This document shows positions 29,428 to 39,864 of a DNA stretch of 64,000 bases, one piece after another. Below the pieces are notes generated by a model. That model saw nothing but the letters and a program-made list of their open reading frames with translations, had not been told where the DNA came from and ran no database searches. Both the position numbers and the translations under genes were made by a program. The DNA comes from an uncultured delta proteobacterium (GTDB taxonomy: Bacteria; Myxococcota_A; Polyangia; Polyangiales; JAFGIB01), in the NCBI GenBank assembly GCA_963778655.1, contig CAVZVA010000005.1, forward strand, positions 32,001 through 96,000. Direction: 5' to 3'. Every line of letters starts with the position of its first letter. Within the stretch, counting starts at the first letter, position 1.

Positions 29428-30594
29428 ATGCCCGCGCAGGTGATTGGGCTGCCGGAGGGCCCTCGCGGCGCAAGGCCGCTGCCGCTCACTCGCTCCACGC
29501 GCGCCGAGATCGACCTCGGCGCGATGGCGCGTAACCTGGCCGCTGTGCGCGCGGTTGCGGGCGGCAGCCGTGTGTTCGGGGTGGTCAAGGCGGATGCGTA
29601 TGGGCACGGCCTGGTGCCGGTCTCGCGCTGGCTCGAACGCCAGGGCATCGACGGCCTGTGCGTGGCCCTGGCCGAGGAAGGCCTGAGCCTGCGTGCCTGT
29701 GGCGTCACCACGCCGATCCTGGTGCTGAGCGGAGCCTACGGCGACGCGCACGAACGCGTGCTCGCGGCGCACCTGACGCCGGTGATCTACAGCGCGACCC
29801 AAGCCGAGGCGTTCGCTCGCGCCGCGCACGGGCAAGCCTTCGGGGTGCACCTCAAGATCGACACCGGCATGGGCCGGCTGGGGGTATCGATGCACGAGCT
29901 CGACGCGCTGCTCGACGCGTTGCGCGGCTTGCCCAACCTGCGCGTCGATGGCGTGATGACGCACTTCTCGAGCGCCGACAGCGACGCCGAGGTCAGCCGC
30001 GATCAGCTCGCACGTTTCGAGCTGGCGCAAGCCGCGCTGCGCGCGCGCGGCTTCGCGCCGCGTCTGATCCACGCCGCCAACAGCGCGGGCACCTATTGCT
30101 TGCCCGAGGCGCGGCCGAACCTGGTGCGCGTGGGCCTGGCGCTCTACGGCGTGCCGCCCGCGCCCGGGCAGGGCGCCGAGCTCGCGCCGGTGATGAGCGT
30201 GCGCAGCGAGATCCTCGCCTTGCGCGAGCTGCCGGCCGGTAGCCCGGTGGGCTACGACCAGACCTACCGCACCGCGCGGCCCTCGCGCATCGCCACCGTG
30301 CCGATCGGCTACGGCGACGGATTGCTGCGCGCCGCCTCCAACCGCGGGGCCATGCTGGTGGGTGGGCGGCGCTGCCCGATCGTCGGCCGCATCTCGATGG
30401 ACCTCACCACGCTCGACGTGACCGATCTGCCCGCCTGCGCCGTGGGCGACGAGGTGATCGTGCTCGGGCGCCAGGGCGAGGCGCAGATCAGCGCCGAGGA
30501 TCTGGCGCAGGCCTGCGACACCATCGCCTACGAGGTGCTGACCAACATCTCGCCGCGCGTCCCGCGCATCTATCTCGGCGACGACCCGAGCTGA
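29428..30594 (+). CDS. alr: Alanine racemase
   Basis: VVKADAYGHG, HLKIDTGMGRLG, HAANSA, VGYDQTY, IGYGDG, GRISMD, TIAYEVLT. Confidence 0.97.
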   Translation: MPAQVIGLPEGPRGARPLPLTRSTRAEIDLGAMARNLAAVRAVAGGSRVFGVVKADAYGHGLVPVSRWLERQGIDGLCVALAEEGLSLRACGVTTPILVLSGAYGDAHERVLAAHLTPVIYSATQAEAFARAAHGQAFGVHLKIDTGMGRLGVSMHELDALLDALRGLPNLRVDGVMTHFSSADSDAEVSRDQLARFELAQAALRARGFAPRLIHAANSAGTYCLPEARPNLVRVGLALYGVPPAPGQGAELAPVMSVRSEILALRELPAGSPVGYDQTYRTARPSRIATVPIGYGDGLLRAASNRGAMLVGGRRCPIVGRISMDLTTLDVTDLPACAVGDEVIVLGRQGEAQISAEDLAQACDTIAYEVLTNISPRVPRIYLGDDPS

Positions 30595-30654
30595 GCGCCC
30601 CGCATTCGCGCGGTCCAAGCGGTGCAACCCGCGCGCCGAAGCGCATCGCAGCGC

Positions 30655-31146
30655 AGGGAGCGAAGCGACCGGCGCGGGAGGGTGGGACCCGTTTGGGCTT
30701 GGCCCAACGGGCGGGAGGGGCGCGTGCCCCTCCCGCTATCAAACCAGGGTGGGACCCGTTTGGGCTTGGCCCAACGGGCGGGAGGGGCGCGTGCCCCTCC
30801 CGCTATCAAACCAGGGTGGGACCCGATGGGCTTGGCCCAACGGGCGGGAGGGGCGCGTGCCCCTCCGACGACGACGCAACAAGAGCACGCGCGAGCGCAG
30901 CGAGCCCCGCGGGAGGGTGGGACCCGTTTGGGCTTGGCCCAACGGGCGGGAGGGGCGCGTGCCCCTCCCGCTATCAAACCAGGGTGGGACCCGTTTGGGC
31001 TTGGCCCAACGGGCGGGAGGGGCGCGTGCCCCTCCGACGACGACGCAACAAGAGCACGCGCGAGCGCAGCGAGCCCCGCGGGAGGGTGGGACCCGTTTGG
31101 GCTTGGCCCAACGGGCGGGAGGGGCGCGTGCCCCTCCCGCTATCAA
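30655..31146. repeat. BIME/REP-like mosaic array: six copies of a 55-bp double-hairpin core
   Basis: Core AGGGTGGGACCCGTTTGGGCTTGGCCCAACGGGCGGGAGGGGCGCGTGCCCCTCC at 30679, 30746, 30813 (variant), 30914, 30981, 31083; linkers 12, 12, 47, 12, 47 bp of only two sequence types. Confidence 0.95.
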
Positions 31147-32012
31147 TAGTTTCGCACCACCAGCTCGGAGACCGGGCCGCGCTTGTCCGCGTTGCAGTTG
31201 ATGGCGCGGGCCGCGGCTACACGCGCGAGGCGGAAGTCGCGGTACAGGTCGGCGATGAAGGGCACGTCGCTGTTGGACAGCATCAACTTGCAGCCACGCC
31301 GGTCGAGCGCGACGAACACCTCGCGCAGCCGCAGCTGGTCGCGGCGGTCGAAGCCGTCGCGCGCGTAGGCGGTGAAGCTGGCGGAGCTCGACAGCGGCTC
31401 GTACGGCGGGTCGAAGTAGACGAAGTCGCCCGGCCGCGCGCTCGAGAGCAGCGTCTCGAAGCCGGTGCAGCGCAGCTCCGCGCTTGCGAGCTGAGCGCTG
31501 GCCGCGAGCAAGGCCTCGCGGCTCAGGATGCGCGGGCGCACGTAGCGGCCCACCGGTACGTTGAACTCGCCGCGCGAGTTGACGCGGTGCAGGCCGTTGA
31601 AGCAGGTCTTGTTCAGGTAGATGAACATCGCCGCGCGCTCCACCTCGGAGACCGCGCGCGCCCGGTTGTAGCGCTCGCGCACCCGGTAGTACGCGCGCGC
31701 GTCGTGCCCGAGCGCGAGCCGTCCGAGCTGCTCGACCACCTGCTCGACGTGGTCGCGCACCGCGCAGTAGGTCTCGATCAGGCGCGGGTTGACGTCGCAC
31801 AGCAGGGCGCGCGCGGGCTGCAGCGCGAAGTACAGCGCACCGCCGCCCACAAAGGGCTCGACGTGCCGCATCAGCTCGACGCCGGGCGGCAGCAAGGGGC
31901 GCAGCTGCGGCAGCAGGCGGGACTTGCCCCCGGCCCATTTCACGATCGGCGCTGGCGCCGGCAGGGAAGCGGGCTGCGAACGAGCGTTGGATACGTAGGC
32001 TAATGTAGTCAC
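31143..32012 (-). CDS. dam: DNA adenine methyltransferase (Dam/D12 class), orphan
   Basis: PIVKWAGGKSRLL, EPFVGGGAL, YLNKTCFNGL, FNVPVG, VYFDPPY, MLSNSD; GTG start inferred from TATTGT 7 nt upstream. Confidence 0.92.
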   Translation of the reverse strand: MTTLAYVSNARSQPASLPAPAPIVKWAGGKSRLLPQLRPLLPPGVELMRHVEPFVGGGALYFALQPARALLCDVNPRLIETYCAVRDHVEQVVEQLGRLALGHDARAYYRVRERYNRARAVSEVERAAMFIYLNKTCFNGLHRVNSRGEFNVPVGRYVRPRILSREALLAASAQLASAELRCTGFETLLSSARPGDFVYFDPPYEPLSSSASFTAYARDGFDRRDQLRLREVFVALDRRGCKLMLSNSDVPFIADLYRDFRLARVAAARAINCNADKRGPVSELVVRNY

Positions 32013-32241
32013 AAAGGCTACAATATCCGACGCCTTCTTACCTCCGAAAAAAGTGACGGGGCGTTTGCCGTGCGTTCCCGGCGGCCCATGTCCCAAAGGC
32101 CGCACCCCAGCTGCGATAGGGTTATCATCGCAGCGTTGCGCGCCGCGGTTGCGGTGCCCCAGCCGGGCAATGCCCTGGTGCTCCCGCCGGTCCGGACGCT
32201 CGTGCGCGCCCGCGCCCGGGGGCTGCGGGGCGCGCGGGCAG

Positions 32242-33939
32242 ATGAGCTCACACGCCATCGACGAGATCGAGGAGCGGCTCTCCGACCTGACCTCTGCATT
32301 GCGCGAGGCGGGTGCGCCGGACGTCGCCCAGATGCTGGAGCGGCGCACGCGTGACTTCACGCTCCCGACCCGCGTGCGCCGCAGCGTCAACGCGATTCGC
32401 GAGCAGCTCGAGCGCTGGCGCCTCGATTCCTCCGAGCTGCCGGACTCGCCCAAGGTGATGTTGGCCGCCAACCGCCTCGAGGACGCGTGTCGAGATGCGC
32501 TGGCCGCCGGCGTGATCGTGGCGGCGCGGCCCACTCTGGCCGCGCAGTCGCGGCGCAAGCTCAAGATCGTGCTGTTCACTCTGCTGGGCGCAGGGATCGC
32601 GATGGCGATCCCGCTGCTGGCGGTGAGCGCGGGGGTCGACTTCGGCGATCTCGTGGCCGAGCGCAAGCTTCCGCCCCTGAGCCTGCCGCGCGGTGAAGAG
32701 GCCACCGTTCACGTGTCGGTGCTGGCGCGCGCGCTGCTGCCGCAGGCCACGCGCGGGGTGGCGTTCCAGGCGCAGGGCGGATGCGAGCAGCCCTTGCCGC
32801 GCGAGGCGACCTGTGCGCTGACCGTGCCCCGGCTCTGGGCCGAGGGCAGGCTCCCGACCTACGAGCTGAAGCTGAAGAACCAGGCCTACGGGCTGCTGTT
32901 CTCGGTGGCCGGCCCCAAGCTCGAGGACGGCATCGGCGTGGCGCGCCTGTTGCTCGCGGCGACCGACGACACGCCCGAGGGACGCTACGAGCTGCCCTTG
33001 CGTGCCACGTACCTGGGCTACACGCCGCAGCGCTGCGAGTTGCTCGACCGCCTGCAGGGCAGCTGCCCCAAGCCGCGCACGGGCGAGGGCGAGCGCCACC
33101 CAGGTCTCGAGGTGCCCAGCGTGATCGTCGACGTCGTGCATGGCGATCCGGCGCGCAGGATGGGCGAGAAGCGACGCGAACAAGCCGAGGCCGAGGAGGC
33201 GCGGCGCAAGGCCGAGGAGCGCGCGCGGCAGATCGCGGCGGCGGTGAGCGAGATCCAGGCGGTGCTCGGCCAGACCGAGAAGCTGGCGGCCAGACGGCGC
33301 TGGGAGACGGCTCGCGACAGCGTGGGCAAGCTTGCCAAGCTGTTCGAGCCGCTCGAGGGCGTCGTGCTCACGCAGACCGCCAACGACAAAGTGCCAGCTC
33401 AGGTCAGCGCGGTGCGGGCGCGTTTCGAGACCCTGCGCGACAAGCTCGAGGCCTTCGAGAACCGGGTCTTCGAGCAGACCTTCGCCGCGGTTACCGCGGC
33501 CTCCAACCGCCGCGTCCCCGAGGACAGCCTTCTGCAGCGCATCGCGCGGCGCAACGGGATCTCGGCCGACTACGTGCGCGACATCTACACCAGCCGCGGC
33601 GACGAGATTCAACGCCGCATCGACGCCCGCGCGGAGGCTCACATGGAGAGCGTCAAGCGCGCGCAGGAGGCGCTCGAGCAGCACTGCGGCCCGCTACCCA
33701 CCGGCGCCTGGGAGATGATCAATCGCTACATGCAGCAGGTCTACGTCGAGCCGCAGGTGGAGGTGGTGCTCGGCGAGTGCATGACCCCACGTCTGACCGA
33801 GCGCGATTGCTGGGAGATGCGCTGCACGTACAAGCGCAAGGTCGAGGTCGCGGTGGAGCGCCCCAAGGTGGTCACCAGCCACGAGACGACGTTCTACCTG
33901 ATGCACGGCCGCGTCACGGGCCACCGCAACGAGAGCTAG
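32242..33939 (+). CDS. Hypothetical membrane-anchored protein with coiled-coil region
   Basis: 565 aa, one TM (IVLFTLLGAGIAMAIPLLAV), paired Cys, strong GC3 bias. Confidence 0.7.
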   Translation: MSSHAIDEIEERLSDLTSALREAGAPDVAQMLERRTRDFTLPTRVRRSVNAIREQLERWRLDSSELPDSPKVMLAANRLEDACRDALAAGVIVAARPTLAAQSRRKLKIVLFTLLGAGIAMAIPLLAVSAGVDFGDLVAERKLPPLSLPRGEEATVHVSVLARALLPQATRGVAFQAQGGCEQPLPREATCALTVPRLWAEGRLPTYELKLKNQAYGLLFSVAGPKLEDGIGVARLLLAATDDTPEGRYELPLRATYLGYTPQRCELLDRLQGSCPKPRTGEGERHPGLEVPSVIVDVVHGDPARRMGEKRREQAEAEEARRKAEERARQIAAAVSEIQAVLGQTEKLAARRRWETARDSVGKLAKLFEPLEGVVLTQTANDKVPAQVSAVRARFETLRDKLEAFENRVFEQTFAAVTAASNRRVPEDSLLQRIARRNGISADYVRDIYTSRGDEIQRRIDARAEAHMESVKRAQEALEQHCGPLPTGAWEMINRYMQQVYVEPQVEVVLGECMTPRLTERDCWEMRCTYKRKVEVAVERPKVVTSHETTFYLMHGRVTGHRNES

Positions 33940-33964
33940 CGTGCCAGGCTGCGCACGACGTTTG

Positions 33965-34030
33965 AAGGAAACAGGAAGGCGGGAAGCACGGGGACGATCA
34001 AATTTCCGGCCTTCGCGTCTTCCTGTGAAG
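33965..34030. repeat. CAGGAAGGCGGGAAG-family inverted repeat between convergent genes (possible terminator)
   Basis: ACAGGAAGGCGGGAAG ... CTTCGCGTCTTCCTGT. Confidence 0.7.
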
Positions 34031-34052
34031 CCTCTATCGCGGCGAACCCCAG

Positions 34053-35687
<1,635 letters not shown>

Positions 35688-35693
35688 AGCTTC

Positions 35694-35699
35694 ATTATA
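35694..35699 (-). promoter_or_regulatory. Perfect -10 box TATAAT, leaderless configuration
   Basis: 6 nt before GTG 35687 of the kinase. Confidence 0.65.
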
Positions 35700-35800
35700 G
35701 AGGCAGTCCGGGTTCTAACGCACGGATGACACGAAACTATTACAGCAAAAATGGAATTCGGACTATCATTTCGATCGGTCGATACCCCAAATATTTTGGG

Positions 35801-36418
35801 CTAAAGGCGGCGTAGGACCCCCAATGTCTTGGTAGTCGGCAAGGCCTCGAACAGGCCCGAGGCCAGACCGCGGCGGTAGATCTCGATCGGGGCCTGGCCG
35901 CCCTCGCGGGGGTCGGGGAACAGGTCGTGGATCGCGAGCACGCCACCCGCCGCCAGCTTGGGCGCCCAGCTCTCGTAGTCGGCCTGGGCTTGGGCCTGGC
36001 TGTGGCCGCCGTCGATGAAGACCATGCCGAGCGGCGTGGTCCAGACCCGGGCCGCGCGCTGGCTCGGCGCCACCACCAGCACCGCGCTGTCCTCGAGCTC
36101 GGCGCGGCGCAGCGTGGCGCGCAGCGTATACAGGCTATCCATGCGCTGGGCCTCGGGATCGAACAGCTCTGGGTCGTGATAGGCCTCGCCCGGCTGGTGC
36201 TCTTCGGAGCCGCGATGGTGGTCGACGCAGATCAGCGTGCCGCCCGCCTCGCGCGCGCCCGTGCCCAGATACACCGACGATTTGCCGCAGTAGCTGCCGA
36301 TCTCCAGTACCGGACCCAGGCCTGCTTGCGTCTTGGCCAGCTCGTACAGGCGCAAGCCCTCGGCGTCGTCGAGGAACCCCTTGCACTCCAGCGCGATCTT
36401 GTGCGCCGACGCCAGCAC
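35801..36418 (-). CDS. Class I SAM methyltransferase (Methyltransf_24), MeT1-like methylmannoside 1-O-methyltransferase
   Basis: KGFLDDAEG, LEIGSYCGKS, VDHHRGSEEHQPG..YHD, FIDGGH, IHDLFPDP..GGQAP. Confidence 0.8.
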   Translation of the reverse strand: MLASAHKIALECKGFLDDAEGLRLYELAKTQAGLGPVLEIGSYCGKSSVYLGTGAREAGGTLICVDHHRGSEEHQPGEAYHDPELFDPEAQRMDSLYTLRATLRRAELEDSAVLVVAPSQRAARVWTTPLGMVFIDGGHSQAQAQADYESWAPKLAAGGVLAIHDLFPDPREGGQAPIEIYRRGLASGLFEALPTTKTLGVLRRL

Positions 36419-36422
36419 GCGC

Positions 36423-37592
36423 CTACTCCGCGGCCGTCTGCAGCTCGTCGTATCCCGGGCGCCCCGCCGGCTCTTGCCACGCCCGCGCCGGCTCGAGGTC
36501 GTCGCCGGACAGCGAGGCGAAGAAGGCGCTGGTCGCGCTCTGGCCCCGCACCGCGTCGCTTGCGAGCAGCAGCGCCGCCGCCGTCCACGAGGTCTGCTCG
36601 CCTTCGGGGAAGATCTCGCCCGCTGGATGCGTCATCCCCGTCCAGTACGCGCCGTCTTGGGTGCGCTGCCGGACGGTCCACGCGAGCATGTCGCTCGCGC
36701 GCTGCAACAGACCGCAGGCGTGCAGCGCGAGCACCAGCTCGCAGGTCTCGGCCACCGTGTACCAGGGCTGGTCCTTGACGCAGCGGCAGCCGACGCCCTC
36801 CTCGACGAAGGCGGCGTTGAGCGCCGCGTCGAGCAAGCGCTTGCGGCCGAGCTCGCCGCGCAGCGCGCCGCCCAGCACCGGGTAATACCAGTCCATCGAG
36901 TGGCGGCCCGGCTTCTCCGGCAAGTCGGTCTCGCTGAACGCGGCCGGGTGGTAGCGCAGCACACGCGCGAGCCGCTCGCGCGCCCTGCGCCATTCGGGTC
37001 GCTCGTGACCGAGCCGGTCGGCGATGCGAATCGCGCACACCATGCTGCCGTGCACCGAAGAGGAGCCGGTCAGCAGGGGTGCCGGCCACACCTTGCCGTT
37101 CTTCTGCGCCCAGGCCAGCGCTCCGCTCGGAAGCTGCATCGAGAGCACCAGCTCCATCGCTCGATCGAGCGCGGGCCACATCTCCTGAAGGAAACGCGGG
37201 TCGGGCACGCGGCAGTACAGGTGCCAGACGCCGCTGGCGAAGTAGGCGGCGTGGTTGCTCTCCTGGGTGATGCGCGTGACCTTGCCGCCGCGCCGTTCCG
37301 CCGCCCAGCCGCCGTTGTCGTCCTGCGCCTCGACCATGTATGCGTACGCCGCTCGCGCCTGCTCGACTCGACCCATCGCCGTCAGGCCCATCGCCGAGTG
37401 CACGTGGTCCCAGGGGTCCATCTTCTGGCCGTCGGCCCATGGAATCTCCCCGCTGGGCTTCTGCCGCGCCACCAGCCACTCAGTGGTGGCCTCGAGTTGC
37501 GCCTGGCTCAGGCTCAGGCGTGCGGGGCGCTCCTGCCCGGATGGGGTCGCGTCCGGATGCCGCTCGGCTCGCTGCGCTTCAGATCCTTTCAT
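36423..37592 (-). CDS. (alpha/alpha)6-barrel protein usually annotated prenyltransferase-like; MmpH-like hydrolase
   Basis: QKPSGEIPW, DPWDHVHSAM, ESNHAAY, LLTGSSS, SMDWYYPVLGG, GCRCVKDQPWYTVAETCEL, GAYWTG, EQTSWTAAA. Confidence 0.75.
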   Translation of the reverse strand: MKGSEAQRAERHPDATPSGQERPARLSLSQAQLEATTEWLVARQKPSGEIPWADGQKMDPWDHVHSAMGLTAMGRVEQARAAYAYMVEAQDDNGGWAAERRGGKVTRITQESNHAAYFASGVWHLYCRVPDPRFLQEMWPALDRAMELVLSMQLPSGALAWAQKNGKVWPAPLLTGSSSVHGSMVCAIRIADRLGHERPEWRRARERLARVLRYHPAAFSETDLPEKPGRHSMDWYYPVLGGALRGELGRKRLLDAALNAAFVEEGVGCRCVKDQPWYTVAETCELVLALHACGLLQRASDMLAWTVRQRTQDGAYWTGMTHPAGEIFPEGEQTSWTAAALLLASDAVRGQSATSAFFASLSGDDLEPARAWQEPAGRPGYDELQTAAE

Positions 37593-37597
37593 CGAGC

Positions 37598-38326
37598 TCA
37601 CACCTTGATCCCGTAAAACACCACGCTCTTGCCGATGAGCGGGGCGAGCGCCTTCTCCAGCGTGCGGGTCAGCAGAGGCCGCCGCATCATGTCCCAAACC
37701 AGCAGCCGGTGGTAGACCTTCACGATTGAAATGTCGTCGTTGTCGACGCCGAGCGCGCACTTGAGCCACCAGTAGGGCGAGTGCAGCGCATGGGCGAAGT
37801 GCGACTCGTAGATGCGGTAGCCAGCGTCGGACAACATCCTGCGCAGGCGCCGGCGGCGATAGATCCGCACGTGGCCGCCTGGCGTGTTGCGATAGCGCTT
37901 CGACAGCGCCCAGCACAACGCCTCCGGACCCTCGCGCGGCACCGAGGCCGCGAGCACGCCGCCGGGCTTGAGCACGCGCGAGATCTCCTGCAGCGCCCGT
38001 GCGTCCTCGTGCAGGTGCTCGAGCACCTCGGAGATGATGACGCAGTCGAAGCTCGCGTCCGCGAACGGCAGCCGGTACGCGCTGGCGCGCAGCGCGGCCC
38101 AGCGCCCCGCGCCCGGGACCGTGCCGCCCCACTGCGGCGGCAGCGCGTCCAGCTCCCGCAGCATACGCCGCGTGTCCTGCACCTCCTTGGCGCCCAGATC
38201 GACGCCGAACGCATCGATTCCCGGTAGCAGGCGGGTCTGCCGAATGTGGCGGCCGCCACCGCAGCCCACGTCGAGCACCGTGCTGCCCGGCTGTAGACCG
38301 AGCTTCTCGAAGCGCATCGTCAGCAC
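37598..38326 (-). CDS. Class I SAM methyltransferase (Methyltransf_11), MeT3-like
   Basis: VLDVGCGGGRH, LPFADASFD, SEVLEH, CWALS..Y...PGGHVRIY, HALHSPYWWLKC, YHRLLVWD, IGKSVVFY. Confidence 0.8.
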   Translation of the reverse strand: MLTMRFEKLGLQPGSTVLDVGCGGGRHIRQTRLLPGIDAFGVDLGAKEVQDTRRMLRELDALPPQWGGTVPGAGRWAALRASAYRLPFADASFDCVIISEVLEHLHEDARALQEISRVLKPGGVLAASVPREGPEALCWALSKRYRNTPGGHVRIYRRRRLRRMLSDAGYRIYESHFAHALHSPYWWLKCALGVDNDDISIVKVYHRLLVWDMMRRPLLTRTLEKALAPLIGKSVVFYGIKV

Positions 38327-39609
38327 GCCGCGCGCCTCCCGTACGCTGGGCGCCGCCGCTGCAGCACGGCGCGGTATGCGTCCACGGTGCGCTCGGCAGC
38401 GCGCTTCCAGGTGAACTGCTCGAGCACGCGTCGGCGGCCGGCTGCGCCCATCTGCGCACGCCGCTCCGGCGACTGCAACAGCTGCTCGATCGCGCGCGCC
38501 AGCGCCTCGCTGTTCTGCGGCTCGACCAGCAGCCCGCAACGGCCGTCCTCGCCCACCACCTCCGGCAGCGCGCCCGCGCGCGTCGAGACCACGGGCACCT
38601 CGCAGGCCATGGCCTCTCCGGCCGGAAAGCCGAAGCCTTCGTACAGCGAGGGCACCACCGCGATGGTGGACTCCGCGTAGTAGCGGGCGATATCGCCGGC
38701 ATCGACGTAGCCGGTGAAGTGCACCGCGCCGTTCAGGCCCAGGCGGCGCACGTGGCTCTCGGTGTCGGTGTCGGTGCCCGGCTTGCCGATCACGGTCAGC
38801 TGCACGCCCGGGCGCCGCCGGCGCAGCTCGTGCAGCGCGTCGAGCAGGTAGCGGAAGCCCTTGAGCGGCGCGTCGGCGGACAGCGTGGTGATCAGCCGCT
38901 CGGCCCGGCGCGGCGTGCTCGGGCTGGGGTGGAACACGTCCAGGTTGATGCCGTTGCCCACCACCGACATGCGCTCCTGCGCGACCTCGTACTCGCGCGC
39001 GATATCGCGGCGCGAGGCCTCCGAGACCGTCAGGATGTGGTCCAGGCGCCGGCACACGCGCAGCTGCGTGCCGAGGAAGCTGTACCAGCGCCTGAGCCCG
39101 ATGCGCTTGATGCCATCGGCGGTGGCTTGAAACGCGATGCGCCGGTCCACCGTGATCGGGTGGTGTACGGTCGCCACGACCGGCAGCCGCTGCTGCAGCT
39201 CGAGCAGGCCCGGTCCCAAGCATTGGTTGTCGTGGACGACGTCGTAGAACGGGGCGCGGCCACGCCGGAAGCTGCGGGCGACGCGGCGCGAGAAGGTGAG
39301 CGGCTCGGCGAAGCTGCCGGTGCGGGTCTGGGCCCATTCGCTCAGGTTGATCGGATCGCAAAGCTCGCGCAGCGGAGGGCCCTTGAGCCAGGCATGCTCG
39401 TTCCACATGTCGAGGCTCGGCACCTGAAACATGCCGACGCCGTCCACCAGCTCGGGGTAGGGCTGGCCGCTCCACACGTCGACTTGATGGCCGAGCTCGA
39501 GCAGCGCCTTGCTCAGCAGCCGCACGTAGATGCCCTGGCCGCCCGAGCGTGGATTGCCGCGGTAGGTGAGGAGACAGATCCGAAGCGCGTCCGCCGCCAA
39601 AGCGATCAC
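38320..39609 (-). CDS. Glycosyltransferase family 4, ManT-like
   Basis: LLTYRGNPRSGGQGIYV, SGQPYPEL, HDNQCLG, TVHHPITVD, SADAPLKG, PSLYEGFGFPAGEAMAC (EX7E). Confidence 0.88.
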   Translation of the reverse strand: MIALAADALRICLLTYRGNPRSGGQGIYVRLLSKALLELGHQVDVWSGQPYPELVDGVGMFQVPSLDMWNEHAWLKGPPLRELCDPINLSEWAQTRTGSFAEPLTFSRRVARSFRRGRAPFYDVVHDNQCLGPGLLELQQRLPVVATVHHPITVDRRIAFQATADGIKRIGLRRWYSFLGTQLRVCRRLDHILTVSEASRRDIAREYEVAQERMSVVGNGINLDVFHPSPSTPRRAERLITTLSADAPLKGFRYLLDALHELRRRRPGVQLTVIGKPGTDTDTESHVRRLGLNGAVHFTGYVDAGDIARYYAESTIAVVPSLYEGFGFPAGEAMACEVPVVSTRAGALPEVVGEDGRCGLLVEPQNSEALARAIEQLLQSPERRAQMGAAGRRRVLEQFTWKRAAERTVDAYRAVLQRRRPAYGRRAAC

Positions 39610-39864
39610 CTCGATGAAGCTCGTGCCCCCTCGACGAGCGGTCGCGGCAGATGACCTGAACCGATCTACAGCGCCACCCGCCGAGCGTGGCGAGTCTACC
39701 TACACGCTTGTCCGCGGCTTTGCAACGCTGCGGCCCGGCGCGCGGGTGCCGCGGACCGGGCCGCGGCGGCTGTCTTCCGGCGCCAACCCGGCCTCGCGGT
39801 GGCGAGTGCCCGCGCCATGCGCGCCCGTTGCCAAATCCGGGACGGCAGTGCATGTCTGCGGGCC

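Noticed and set aside
30679..31137. Possible CRISPR array
   Set aside because: Repeat is 55 bp, linkers are only two recurring sequences (12 and 47 bp) rather than unique spacers, and there are no cas genes or AT-rich leader
31143..32705. 520-aa extended Dam ORF
   Set aside because: The N-terminal extension is antisense to the gene starting at 32242; methylase similarity begins near PIVKWAGG
36423..37592. Squalene-hopene cyclase or true prenyltransferase
   Set aside because: Only 389 aa, no DxDD motif, and the glycosyl/methyltransferase context fits an MmpH-like glycoside hydrolase better
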